Shown: in pieces, positions 52,135 through 64,000 of the stretch
Layout of the letters: the number at the start of each line of letters is the position of its first letter
How positions within the stretch are numbered: position 1 is the stretch's first letter
NCBI GenBank assembly: GCA_951406725.2
Contig: OX597819.1
Location: 88,288,001-88,352,000, forward strand
Direction of reading: 5' to 3'
Source of the DNA: Octopus vulgaris
Lineage: Eukaryota
DNA: 64,000 nucleotides
Made by a program: the position numbers and the translations under genes
Notes under the pieces: generated by a model
Databases searched by the model: none
The model's input: only the letters and a program-made list of their open reading frames with translations
Told to the model about the DNA's origin: nothing

Positions 52135-52357
52135 ATTGTCCACAAGGGGCTGAACATAGAGGGGACAAACAAGGACACACAAACAGATTAAGTCGATTAC
52201 ATCGACCCCAGTGCGCAACTGGTACTTAATTTATCGATCCTGAAAGGATGAAAGGCAAAGTCGACCTCGGCGGAATTTGAACTCAGAACGCAGCAGCGGA
52301 CGAAATAACACAAAGCATTTCGCCCGGCTTGCTAACGTTTTTGCCAGCTCGCCGCCT
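52135..52357 (-). mobile_element. SINE family 2 (tail A) monomer
   Basis: Colinear with 11858-12092. Confidence 0.85.
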
Positions 52358-52951
52358 ATACGCCAGCTCGCCGCCACGTTAGCTGCGAGCAAGCGTAGGC
52401 ACGCTCATGACTCTTACACATCTGAGAGCAAGCGGATCGTCAAAGGCGTGACAGCTGGCGGGAGAGAGTTTTCTCGCAGGCGTATATGGAAGCTAAGCTT
52501 TATTTGAAGGCGACCTTTATTCGCCTTGTCACACGCTACTGTCAAAGAGTTTATATAGCTTTTTATAGATCGAACTCCGTTATCTGTTGGTTCACTGCAC
52601 CCTGCTGAATGGTGCTGCTGTTTTCGAGCGACTACTAATTAATTATCAAGCTGGTCTATTCGCAGCAAACCCCTGTATCAATGTGTGTATATTCATATCT
52701 ATATCTAAAAGTGGCATTATCCGCCACCTGTGGGCACTCACTGTAAAAAAAAAGAAAAATCTCTACAAAAAGGTATAAATGTATGTATGTATGTATGTAT
52801 GTATCTATTGTGTATGTATGTATGTATGTATGTATGTATGTATGTATGTATGTATGTATGTATGTATGTATGTATGTATGTATGTATGTATGTATGTATG
52901 TATGTATGTATGTATGTATGTATGTATGTATGCATGTATGTACACACACAT

Positions 52952-53370
52952 TCTCTTTTACTCATTTACTGGTTTCAGTCATTTCATTGTGGCCATGCTG
53001 GAGCACCGCCTTTAGTCGAGCAAATCGACCCTAGGATTTATTCTTTGTAAGCCTAGTACTTATTCAATCGGTCTCTTTTGTCGAACCACTAAGTTACGGG
53101 AACGTAAACACAACAGCATCAGTTGTCAAGCGATGTTGAGGGGACAAACAAAGACACACAAACGTATACACATACACATATACACATATATATATGACGG
53201 GCACATATATACATATATACGACGGGCTTCTTTCAGTTTCCGTCTACCAAATCCACTCACAAGGCTTTGGTCGGCCCGAAGCTATAGTAGAAGACACTTG
53301 CCCAAGGTGACACGCAGTGGTGCTGAACCCGGAACCATGTGGTTCGTAAGCACGCTACTTACCACACAGC
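52952..53370 (-). mobile_element. SINE family 1, near full length
   Basis: Colinear on the reverse strand. Confidence 0.9.
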
Positions 53371-53377
53371 GACATAC

Positions 53378-53409
<32 letters not shown>

Positions 53410-53702
53410 CTATGTGTGTGTGTGTGTAATGTATAGTATCTTTTACTTGTTCCTGTCATTTTTACTGCAGCCATACTGGGGCACCACCTTGGAGGTTTTT
53501 GTCGAGGGGCACTTATTTTTAAAGCCCGCTCGTTATCCTATTTGGTTCTTTTGCTGAATTGCTAAGCCACGGGGATGTAAGCACATCAATACTGGTTGTC
53601 AAGCTTTGGTGGGGAACAAACACAGATAAACACACAAATGCACACACACAGACATGTATGTATGTATATATATAGGTAATACAAACATACATACATACAT
53701 AC

Positions 53703-53768
<66 letters not shown>

Positions 53769-54153
53769 TACAAAATTAGAAAATGGAGAAACATATATAA
53801 TAAAACACAACATATATATATACACACATATATATATATATATACAAACAAACATATATAGATATATATATATATATATACATACCACATGGTTCTGAGT
53901 TCAGTCCCACTGCGTGGCACCTTGGGTAAGTGTTTTCTACAATACACTACAATACAATACAATACAATACAATACAAGTGTTTTCTACAAAGAGACCGAT
54001 AGAATACGTAGTAGGCTTACAAAGAATAAGTCCTCGGGTCGATTTCTTCTACTAAAAGCTGTGCTCCAGTATGGCCGCAGTCTAATGACTAAAACTAGAT
54101 AAAATATATAAATAAAATAAATAAATGTATGTGTATATATTTATATATATGTA

Positions 54154-54202
<49 letters not shown>

Positions 54203-54319
54203 AGTGACTCTAGACACCCCTAATTATAATTTTAATAATAATTATTACCTATGAGGTTTTTATTCCCATGCTAGCCACATGATAAGATCAGTATTTTAAA
54301 TAACGATCTTATCCTTATT

Positions 54320-54379
<60 letters not shown>

Positions 54380-54651
54380 CGATAAGCTCGTTTCAGTTTC
54401 CGTCTACCAAATCCACAAACGAGTCTTTTGTTCACTCGAGGTTATGAAAGAAGGCACTTGCTCTCGGTACCACGCTGTGAGACTAAATCCGAAACCACGT
54501 GGTTGGGAAAGAAACTTTTTATCACTGTGTTTGTGTTTGTGTGTGTGTGGAAAGAGAAATTCATGATAGCGTCCAAACCTGAGAAAGGAATGATCGAAAA
54601 ACTTTTCTGAAGAACGGGATTTTGAAAAGGAAGTGTTATTAATACATTTTC

Positions 54652-54860
54652 AGGCAGTGAGCTGGCAGAATCGTTAGCACGCCGGATAAAATATTTAGCG
54701 GCATTTGTTCCGACTTCACATTCTGCGTTCAAATTCCGCCGAAGTCGACTATACTTTTCATACTATCGAATCGATAAAACATGTACCAGTTGAGCACAGA
54801 GATTGATGGAATCAACTCGCCCACCTCTATATATTTCAGGCCTTGTGCCAATTGTAAAAT
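54652..54860 (+). mobile_element. SINE family 2 (tail B), diverged
   Basis: ggcagtgagctggcagaatcgttagcac...tttcaggccttgtgcc. Confidence 0.8.
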
Positions 54861-55063
54861 ACACACACACGTGCACGCGCGTACGTGCGTACGTGCGTAT
54901 GTATGCATGTATCTTAATTTAAAACATACTTCAGAAAGATACTCTCTATAAGAAGTCGAAAATAAAATAGTTAAGTCTTGTTGAATGCGAATGCTGTTTG
55001 AGCTGGGGCCCGCATTGCTTCTCTGTAAGGCCTTCATGGCCAATTTGATAAAATAAAGAAGTT

Positions 55064-55475
55064 CGAGCTGGCAGAAATGTTAGCACGCCGGGCGAAATGC
55101 GTAGCCGTATTTCGTCTGCCGCTACGTTCTGAGTTCAAATTCCGCCGAGGTCGACTTTGCCTTTCATCCTTTCGGGGTCGATAAATTAAGTACCAGTTAC
55201 GCACTGGGGTCGATCTAATCGACTTAATCCGTTTTTCTGTTCTTGTTTGTCTTCTCTGTATTTAGCCCCTTGTGGGTAGTAAAGAAATAGGTATTTCGTC
55301 TGTCTTCGCGTTCTGAGTTCAAATTCCGCCGAGGTCGACTTTGCCTTTCATCCTTTCGGGGTCGATTAAATAAATTCCAGTTACGCACTGGGGTCGATAT
55401 AATCGACTTAATCCGTTTGTCTGTCCTTGTTTGTTCCCTCTATGCTTAGCCCCTTGTGGGCAATAAAGAAATAAG
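55064..55475 (+). mobile_element. SINE family 2 dimer (tail A)
   Basis: Head plus two copies of the about 185-bp body, joined at taaagaaatagg|tatttcgtctg (about 55292). Confidence 0.9.
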
Positions 55476-55597
55476 AAGTTCGATTCCCAACCACAGGGTT
55501 CAGGGGATTCAATCCCACTGAGTGACACCATGAGCAAGTGCCTTCTACAATAGCCCCGGGCCGACCAAAGTTTTGTGAGTGGATTTTGTTGACGGAA

Positions 55598-55690
<93 letters not shown>

Positions 55691-55736
55691 CTACCGCTTT
55701 CTCTTTCTCTCCGCCTCTCTCTCTAAATATATATTC

Positions 55737-55785
<49 letters not shown>

Positions 55786-56069
55786 GTTGTTGTTTATATG
55801 ATGGTGGTGGTGTTAAATATTCATTCTGATTGAACTAGTACTTTCATGCATTGAATTCTGCAATCTTCGGGTTCATGTAGTAGTGTTGACAGTCATGCTT
55901 CACAATTTTTGACTATATATATATATATATTGTTGTTGTTGTTGTTGTGGTGGTGGTGGTGGTCTCATTGGTTTCAACCAGAGGCTAAGGCCATGCTGTG
56001 GTATCGCCTTTCAGTGTGACTGGGTTTCTGTTCTGTATAGTTTCGTGTGTAGTAGCGATGATGTTTCAT

Positions 56070-56280
56070 CTAGTATCTCAGATAAAAATTTATCCAGATG
56101 CTCTTTGAAGACTTCCACATTTTCATCTCACAAATCTCTGAAGAATTGTTATGGACCCTTGAAAACCAAGCTGTTACAGTACTGGTTCCTTATTCTATAT
56201 GGAGAAGACGCGATCTTTGGTATTATGCAGTGCCGTCCAGCTCGGTCGCTGATATAGCTTTCAATTCCAAAATCGGGAGC
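56070..56280 (-). pseudogene. CR1-type LINE C-terminal fragment
   Basis: PDFGIESYISDRAGRHCIIPKI..NSLVFKGP..VEVFKEHLDKFLSEILDE. Confidence 0.6.
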
Positions 56281-56282
56281 CT

Positions 56283-56324
<42 letters not shown>

Positions 56325-57076
56325 TGTGTATTCCCCAACTGTACCGTTACTTAAATTGATGGTTCAGCAAAGGAGGTGATGAAATGATTAACGGACTTAA
56401 AAATAAATAAGTACTAGGATCAATTTGCTTCACCAAAAATCCTTCAGAGGTAGTGTCACAGATATAACCACAAGTAAAAGATAAGGGTGGGGTTGCGAAA
56501 GCGCAAAAAAGAAAAAAAAATGTAAAACATTGCAGATTCATAATCTTTGAAGTTTAAAACATACAAACCTGAAAAAAAAATTCTAAAAAATTAAATAACA
56601 AATATACGGGGCTGATGAACATGTAGGCTTCACCCTTTTATCACTGTTCTTTCCCGTTGAAACTTTTTATGATAGAACTACGAGCATCACATACGTGACC
56701 GTTTTCCTTCTCTCTCCTTATCAATGTGTTTAGAGCTATATCTCACTGGGTTTTAACCCTTTCAATTCTCCCTTGAGTTTGTCACATACACGGCCGCTAC
56801 CCACCTTCTGCTCTTCACTTTTTTCTCTATGTATCGATATCAATCATTATCAATATGACCGTTTTGCCTCTCAGGGAGAAGGAAAGAAGGAAAGAAACAA
56901 AGAAGGTAAGAAAGAAGGTAAGAAAGAAAAAAAGAAAGAAAAAAGAAAGAAGAAAAGAAAGAAAGAAAGGAAGGACAGAAAGAAAAAAGATAAAAAAGAA
57001 AGGCTTGAAGAGAGAATGAATCGCGAACAAGAAGATAGAAACAAAATAAGTGTGAAATCGAGGAATTAAAAGAGGG

Positions 57077-57117
<41 letters not shown>

Positions 57118-57801
57118 GTGAGAGAGAGAGTGAGGGTGATAAAGAGGGAGAGAGGGAGAGAAGGAGAGAGAGGGGAGAGAGAGGGAGACAGACAAGGACA
57201 GAGACAGGCAGATAGGCAGATAGGCAGACAGGCAGATAGATAGAGATAGATAGACAGATAGATAGATAGATAGATAGATAGATAGTGAGAGAGAGGGCGA
57301 GAGACAGACAAACAGAGAAAGAGAGTGAGAGAAAAAGAGAGACTGAAAGAAATTGAGTGCAAGGGAAAGAGATTCTAAACGAGGAAGGAAAATAGACATT
57401 TTGGTGTCAAACAAATTTCATATTCATTGTGATAATGTAAAAAGAACTCTTTCGCCCCACCCCCACCCCCCACCCAATCATTCCATTTTAATTTTCTGTA
57501 TTTCTTCTTTCTTCCTCAGCTTTTTTTTTTCACTTTTTTCATGCTTCTTAGATTTTGCATCTAATTCTTTGACAGACAATACAGTGAGTTTAAGAAACAT
57601 TTATGCTGTTATTTCTAAATAGGTTTTTATAAGGTATCCTTGTCAGATGCTAAGTAATAAATCATGTGTGATTTTTTGTTTATGCTCGCTTTGCAAAATG
57701 TTAATGCTAAAAAAAAGTCCAACACACACACACACACACACACACACATTACGCATCATTTCTCTTGATGTGCGTGCATACACACCTACATACACACACA
57801 T

Positions 57802-57840
<39 letters not shown>

Positions 57841-57961
57841 TGCAAGTACATAGATACACGCATACACGTACGCTCATACACAAATACATACATACATACA
57901 TACATACATACATACATACATACATACAGAGACGGCCGGCCGAACGGACAGACATATATAG

Positions 57962-58005
<44 letters not shown>

Positions 58006-58070
58006 TACCCATACATGGTTGCATGAATGTATGTACGTGTGTGTGTGTGTTTATATACACAAGCACACAC

Positions 58071-58101
<31 letters not shown>

Positions 58102-58122
58102 TGTATGTATGTATGTATGTAT

Positions 58123-58154
<32 letters not shown>

Positions 58155-58457
58155 GGGGGTTGACAGAGAAAGAAATATATTATATGTATGTCCATATGTT
58201 TATTATTACCTACGTAGGTGTTTATTTTCCTGCATGGATGACTACAGACATTTTTTCTCTACTGTATATATCTGTGTGTGTGTGCATATGTAAGGATGTG
58301 TATTTATCCTTGACATTAATATATATACAATATTCATACATACAAACGAAATCGTGCAAAAATATACTTACACACACACACACACACATTGTAAATGAAA
58401 ATTACATGTACGAAAATAGCCTATTGTATACGAGTGTTGTTATGACATATATGTATG

Positions 58458-58491
<34 letters not shown>

Positions 58492-59389
58492 TGTATGTAT
58501 GTATGTATGTACATATGTATGTATGTATGTATGTATGATGTACGTATGTATGTATGTATGTATGTATGTATGTATGCATGTATGTATTGTTTCTGTGCGT
58601 GTGTCTAGTAGAAAGAGAGAGACAGAGAGAAAGAGAGAGTGAGAGAGAGAGAGAGAAGGAGAGTGTGTTTCATATGTTTTCATGATCGGCCTTGAAGGAT
58701 TTATCTATCCCTCCTCCTCCCCTCCTCCTCCTCCCACGCACAAACATATTTATAGAACATAGTTAAAAGATAAATAAAACCGCATGCTTTAGTGCTTTGG
58801 TAAAGAATTCTAGGAATGCTTATATTTTGATTTACTAACGACTAACAAATGTCGTCTCCGGCGTTGCTAATAGAAACGGCATTAAACACAGAAGTGTTTA
58901 CCAATTAACGTAGTTTCACCAACAGCACTACAACCATCAATATGAATAACAATATCTTTTATTAGCCGATCAATGGTCGTGAAAAAAAAAAAAAAAGAAA
59001 TCAGAAGGCATTATTTAGATTTTGTAATCTGTGATAGACTGTATCTGAAAATGCATGATTACTTCATCTGGAGCACGTTAATCATAAATCGGTTTGGTCA
59101 GCGTCGACCTGTCACTAAACTTCCTACGCAACCGCTGAGCCTGGATGCGCATTCATCCATCCGTCGATATTTTCGGTGTCGGGGGTTGACCTGCTTTCTC
59201 TTCTGCGGGTTTTACGAATAGCAAAGGACCACGTTTCGGACTTCTACCACTGGGACGAAGACCGCTTCGCTCAACAGCAACAGTAACTTATGTGGTGACC
59301 ACTGATGTGGGGATATTACGAGAACAAAAACGTTGTGTAGTGTTGGTGGACGAACAGAATCGGACAAGAGAAACCAACAGTGTAAAGAG

Positions 59390-59655
59390 AAATTGTGTCC
59401 TTGAGCAAGACACTTTATTTCACGTTGCTTCAGTTCACTCAGCTTGCAAAAATGAGTGGTACCTGTAATTCAAAGGGCCAGCCTTTTCACATTCTGTGTC
59501 ACGCTGAATCTCCCTGAAATCTACGTTAAGGGTACATGTGTACCCTTAACACTTGCCACTTGCACATTAATCTCATGAGCCACTTGCACATTAATTTCAC
59601 GAGCAGGCTGTTCCGTTGATTGGATCATCTGGAACCTCGTCGGAGAGCCAGTTTT
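59390..59655 (+). mobile_element. SINE body fragment; paralogue at 34540-34730
   Basis: gtgtccttgagcaagacac CORE-like block; tacctgtaattcaaagggcc..ttctgtgtcacgctg shared with the paralogue. Confidence 0.7.
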
Positions 59656-59949
59656 TTAAAGAGAAATTAAATGAAATTTTCCAGTAGATAGATAGCCTCC
59701 TAGGGTTCCTCGGAGAAATCTTCAGCTACAGGAGTTGACTTTTAGCCCTCCCCCAGCTGTATTATCCGATGCATTCATTCAGGCCATACTTATATCTCCC
59801 ACCCACATTTCAATATATTTACCGGAGGGTACCACTTCTCACTCTACCCTCACATTTCTATCTAAGCATTACTTAAAGAGGTTAATGCAGGTTTGATCGA
59901 AGAAGAAAGTCGCTACTCTCAGATCTTTCGATCTTGTATTTCATTGCCA

Positions 59950-60700
59950 TTCCCAGCCAAAGCAAAACGGCAGGACCATCTTCACAATGGACTCGGCTAA
60001 TAACTGTTTTTATCTTGAATACGGTAATAGCTACTCGATATAACTCCAGAAGTCATACTCGGATATTGAATGAGTACGTGCTGAACAGTTTCATTGATCT
60101 GCGAGATTTTTGACACGCTCGGTTGACGGTCCTTCAGCACAATGCCAACCGTTTCGATTTCCATGGTGTCCCTATCTTTACACTAACGTCATCCGTGCAT
60201 ACCGAGGAATCCTCCCTGTGTTACAGTACGGACGGAATGCTCCTCAATAGCTCTAGCTTCCGTAGTAATGGCCGAAGAGCTTAGAGGCACTAGACCGAGG
60301 AAAAAGAAAACCTTTGATAGATCGAGCGCGTGATCTCAAACGGTTCTGACAAATGGCCCATCAGTCTCATCACCGATAAGATGCTGTTGTATACTGAAAT
60401 GATTCAGCCTATGGAAACGGTACTGATACTCGCTACACTGAGACCGTTCCTACTGAAAACCTTTGAATGATTCAAGTGGGTGATAACCCTGCCGAAGCAG
60501 GGTTTATTACCCACCATCTCTATGAAGAATAGAATGAAATGGAAGTGAATAGATCTGCCCGGAATCACACAGCTTTGCATGATTACACTCAAAGTCGTAT
60601 CTACTTCGACGGCAGGCCATTGAAGTAACGACTAAAGTCAACCGTTCTTGGCTTATCTCTACGTTACATTTAACAAAATACTGAAGAAAGACTGTATGCA
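59950..60700 (-). pseudogene. Decayed Tx1/L1-type reverse transcriptase fragment
   Basis: QSCVIPGRSIH..HLNHSKVFSR (LDQSKAFDR-like), GHLSEPFEITRSIYQR, PLLRKLE, TDDVSV (YADD-like). Confidence 0.7.
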
Positions 60701-60775
60701 TCTACCTGAAACTATCGCACACGAAGACTTGTGAGTCATTAAAGGCTACCACGTCTCGCATGCTCTTCATAAATG

Positions 60776-60806
<31 letters not shown>

Positions 60807-61117
60807 GGGCTTAGTAAAATAAATTACTTTGCCACATACTGAACTTTCTAGAAATAGCAGCCAAAAAGTTTTTTAGCCATTTCCACTACTTTAAGAAAAT
60901 TTCTCTCAGATAATGTTTACTCAAAAATAACTTACGAAGATATGGAGGTAAAAACAGTAAAATATCACAAGTACAAAGATCATTTGAGAACGTCAACGTT
61001 TCTAGATTAGCCAAATAAAACTCAACATTTCCTTCGTCAGCTCAACATTTCTTAATTTTGGATTTGAAAGCACTAAAAGAATGAACATACCCCTCAGACG
61101 AACACGCTCAGACTGCC

Positions 61118-61156
<39 letters not shown>

Positions 61157-61161
<5 letters not shown>

Positions 61162-61455
61162 GGAATTTACAAAAAAAAATGACGAAGACGGATGTGTAAG
61201 CAACAAACAGATGTATTAGTTTAACGTTCGGGAAGTGAGAAAGTCTATTACGTTTCGAGCCTATGCTCTTTAGGAGAAAGGAGACAGGATGAAACATGTG
61301 CGACCACGTGAGCGTGCAATATATAGTTGGAATTTACAAAAACAAAAAATAAATAAAAACAAAAGACGAAGACAGGTGTGTAAACAGCAAACAGATGTAT
61401 TAGTTTAACGCTTGGGAAATGAGAAAGTCTTCTACGTTTCGAGCCTACGCTCGTT
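61157..61455 (-). mobile_element. Two tandem copies of a short (AT)n-associated element with degenerate hammerhead; third copy at 63195-63370 (+)
   Basis: Shared gaatttacaaaaa..gacgaagac..tattagtttaacg..gagaaagtct..cgtttcgagcct(a)(t/c)gctc. Confidence 0.7.
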
Positions 61456-61649
61456 GCTAGAATGATAATAATGATAGCTCTAGCTTTCTATCTACTGGCT
61501 ATTTATCTACTGGAAAATTCCATGATCTGTTAATTCATATTTTATGTAATGCTTCAGTGTTTCTGCTGGTGAATTTACGTTGAAACAATTGTAGTCTTAT
61601 GTAATAAAGCGAGTTGCTCAGTCCACTTTCTATTATTCATTTATTCATA

Positions 61650-62440
61650 TTAATGAGACTAAAACTTGAGCTCATGCACTTTCGATAAAAAATGCGCTCA
61701 AACCATATTTTCTTTCTGTAGGAAAACTGCTCACAGCATCTAATAATATAAGGGACTTAGGAGTAATTGTTGACATCAGTCTTGGTAGGAGTGCTCACAG
61801 CAACAAAAAAGTCGATATGGCTCACAGGATGAACTCCTGGATTCTCAGAACTTCTTGGCCTAGTGAGTAAGATGTCATCATCCTGCTCTCTCCTCCTTTG
61901 TATAACCACACCCAGAATACTAATCCCCACTGTGGTCTCTCCAAACCAAACAAATCACGAGAATTGAGAAACCAGGGAGCAATCACTAAAAAAATATAAA
62001 AGGCCTGGCTGATCTTGATAATTGGGATCGCCTCAAAACATTGAAACTTTATTCTCTCCAGCGTCGCCACATCATGTTAAGAATATACTACCAGCATTGC
62101 CCAAACGACTTTAATATTAAATTCAGAGTTCTTCTAAGGCTGGGGCAACTTGCCATACCCACCTCTACACAATTCGGGCTCATAACACATTAATTCACTG
62201 CAACACAATTTCTTTTCCTCAACAGGTTCTGTTCAATTTAATATTATCTCAAAACAAATAAAAGAAGGAAAAGGTCTTATCACCTTCGAACGAAACCTGG
62301 ACAAATTTCTTTAAAAGATACCAGATAGACCACCTGTATCCGGATACATGTTAGTCAACAACAACTCCTTACTTGAATGGTCCATGATACTACAAAACTT
62401 AACTTTAAAATGACTTAACAGATTCTATCAGGTGGTGCTA
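61650..62440 (+). pseudogene. CR1-type LINE 3' fragment (RT C-terminus and 3' UTR)
   Basis: IRDLGVIVDISL..SAHSNKKVDMAHRMNSWILRT..PLWS..NWDRLKTLKLYSLQRR; stops and frameshifts. Confidence 0.8.
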
Positions 62441-62768
62441 TCGGGTGGTGTTATAAAAAAGAGAATGCAAAAGAAATATATAAACTGGCTTTATTAACCG
62501 AATTACCTTAAAGATGAGATGATTTGTGTGGATTTCCGCTCTTACTTTAAGACAAAGATTCGCTTGAGTTTCGGCTCGTACAGCAAATTACTGGTACAAT
62601 GGTGCACTAGAACTGTGAGGTTCTACTGTATATATATATATATATATAAAAAGCAATAAAGATTCAAGTTAATTTAAATGAATTTACTTGAATATGGTAC
62701 CTAACTTAGATGCACCAAAAAAAAACTATACTGATTTAACAATACAGTAATGTGGGGTGATTATAAGC

Positions 62769-63112
62769 GAGAATGAAGCAACAAGAATGGATAGGTTTTA
62801 GTACAATCGTTTCATACAAGGACAGGTTTTATTAAAAGTTGCAAAAATTACAGCATATAAACGTGTCCCGTACTCATCAGCTAAAATACATGTGAGTTCT
62901 CTAGACATCCTAGTGGTTGAGGCTATACTCATGAAGTAATGTAGATAATTACTTCATGAGTATAGCCTCAACCACTAGGATGTCTAGAGAACTCACATGT
63001 ATTTTAGCTGATGAGTACGGGACACGTTTATATGCTGTAATTTTTGCAACTTTTAATAAAACCTGTCCTTGAAACGATTGTACTAAAAACCTATCCATTC
63101 TTGTTGCTTCAT

Positions 63113-63116
<4 letters not shown>
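62769..63116. repeat. Near-perfect 348-bp palindrome (172/169-bp arms, 7-nt loop), probable inverted Penelope pseudo-LTR
   Basis: Arms differ only by a 4-bp and a 1-bp indel. Confidence 0.95.
62796..62886 (-). ncRNA. Minimal type-I hammerhead ribozyme (mirror copy at 63002-63088, +)
   Basis: ttttag-CTGATGA-gtacgggaca..tgtccttgtat-GAAA-c(gatt)g-TA-ctaaaa: intact core, stems I and II pair, GUA cleavage site. Confidence 0.75.
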
Positions 63117-63177
<61 letters not shown>

Positions 63178-63454
63178 ATTGCCATGATTGACCGCTAACT
63201 CCACAAGCTTTATTATTCTCTCTCTGTTCATTTCCTTGTGTTCCTTTCTCTCGAAGAGCGTAGGCTCGAAATGTAAAAGACTTTCTCACCTTCCCGAGCG
63301 TCAAACTAATACACCTGCTTGTTGTTTATACACCTGCCTTCGTCTTTAGTTTTTATGTAAATTTCAACTAGATAAATATATAGATAGATATATAGATAGA
63401 CATACACACACATATATACACGCATACACACACACGCACGCACACACACATTGT

Positions 63455-63675
63455 GCTAAGACACAGAAAAGATCTCATAACATTCGAACGGGTACTGAGC
63501 AAGCATCTACAAATTTTGGATAAACCATCTACACCCGGATATATCTCTGCAAACAATAACTCTTTCCTTGCGTGATGCCAAAATAATGACTGCAATATGA
63601 AATCACATGAAATGTCTTTTCCAGGCGGTGCCATTAAGTTACGCATGGCCTGAGTCAATTTTGGCGGAAACTACA
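63455..63675 (+). mobile_element. CR1 3' end fragment, related to 62270-62440
   Basis: tctcataacattcgaacg..ccggata..aacaataactct..caggcggtgccat shared. Confidence 0.6.
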
Positions 63676-63779
63676 CACACACACACAAACACGCGCACAC
63701 ACACACACACATACATATACATACATACATACATACATACATACATACAGACAGACAGACAGACAGACAGACGGACAGA

Positions 63780-64000
63780 CAGGGAGCGGTGAATGAACTG
63801 CCATCTAAATAATGCAAAAATGCAAATAACACTGAAATCGCATTTTAATAGATATATTTAGAAAAATTACATAAAATTATCTTGAAATACTAAAGAATGA
63901 CTTTATTAAATAAAATCACCATTGGCTTCAACCACGGCCTGAAGACGACTTCGGATCCTCCTGCAACTCTTTTGGACGGTCTCCTTGTTTAAGTTGGTTT
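63780..64000 (-). mobile_element. Tc1/mariner (maT/DD37D-like) element end, transposase C-terminus; runs off the window
   Basis: Reverse strand TNLNKETVQKSCRRIRSRLQAVVEANGDFI* (stop 63906-63908); cagggagcggtgaat TIR-like start at 63780. Confidence 0.7.

Noticed and set aside
52380-52760. Possible LINE 3' end with A-rich tail
   Set aside because: No diagnostic motif recognisable without a database search

Overview
AT-rich, microsatellite-saturated eukaryotic DNA that is intronic or intergenic. I found no credible host protein-coding exon, rRNA, true tRNA or CRISPR array. The repeat families resemble those of octopod cephalopods (inferred from memory of these families, not from a search). Almost all ORFs in the track are translated simple repeats. 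Real content: two abundant tRNA-derived SINE families; decayed fragments of LINEs (R4/Dong, CR1, RTE, Tx1/L1) and of a Penelope GIY-YIG endonuclease; a complete non-autonomous Helitron; two TIR MITEs (one Merlin-like); and the end of a Tc1/mariner element. Most notable structures: (1) an 898-bp higher-order tandem array (about 5.3 copies) built from four SINE monomers; (2) several short (AT)n-embedded elements carrying minimal type-I hammerhead ribozyme folds, including a 348-bp near-perfect palindrome with one hammerhead per arm; (3) a Dong/R4 insertion in (TAA)n whose 5' junction is reiterated nine times; (4) a Merlin-like MITE that captured 293 bp of neighbouring DNA; (5) a MITE-like unit bounded by two inverted Helitron 3' ends. 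All coordinates were read by eye.
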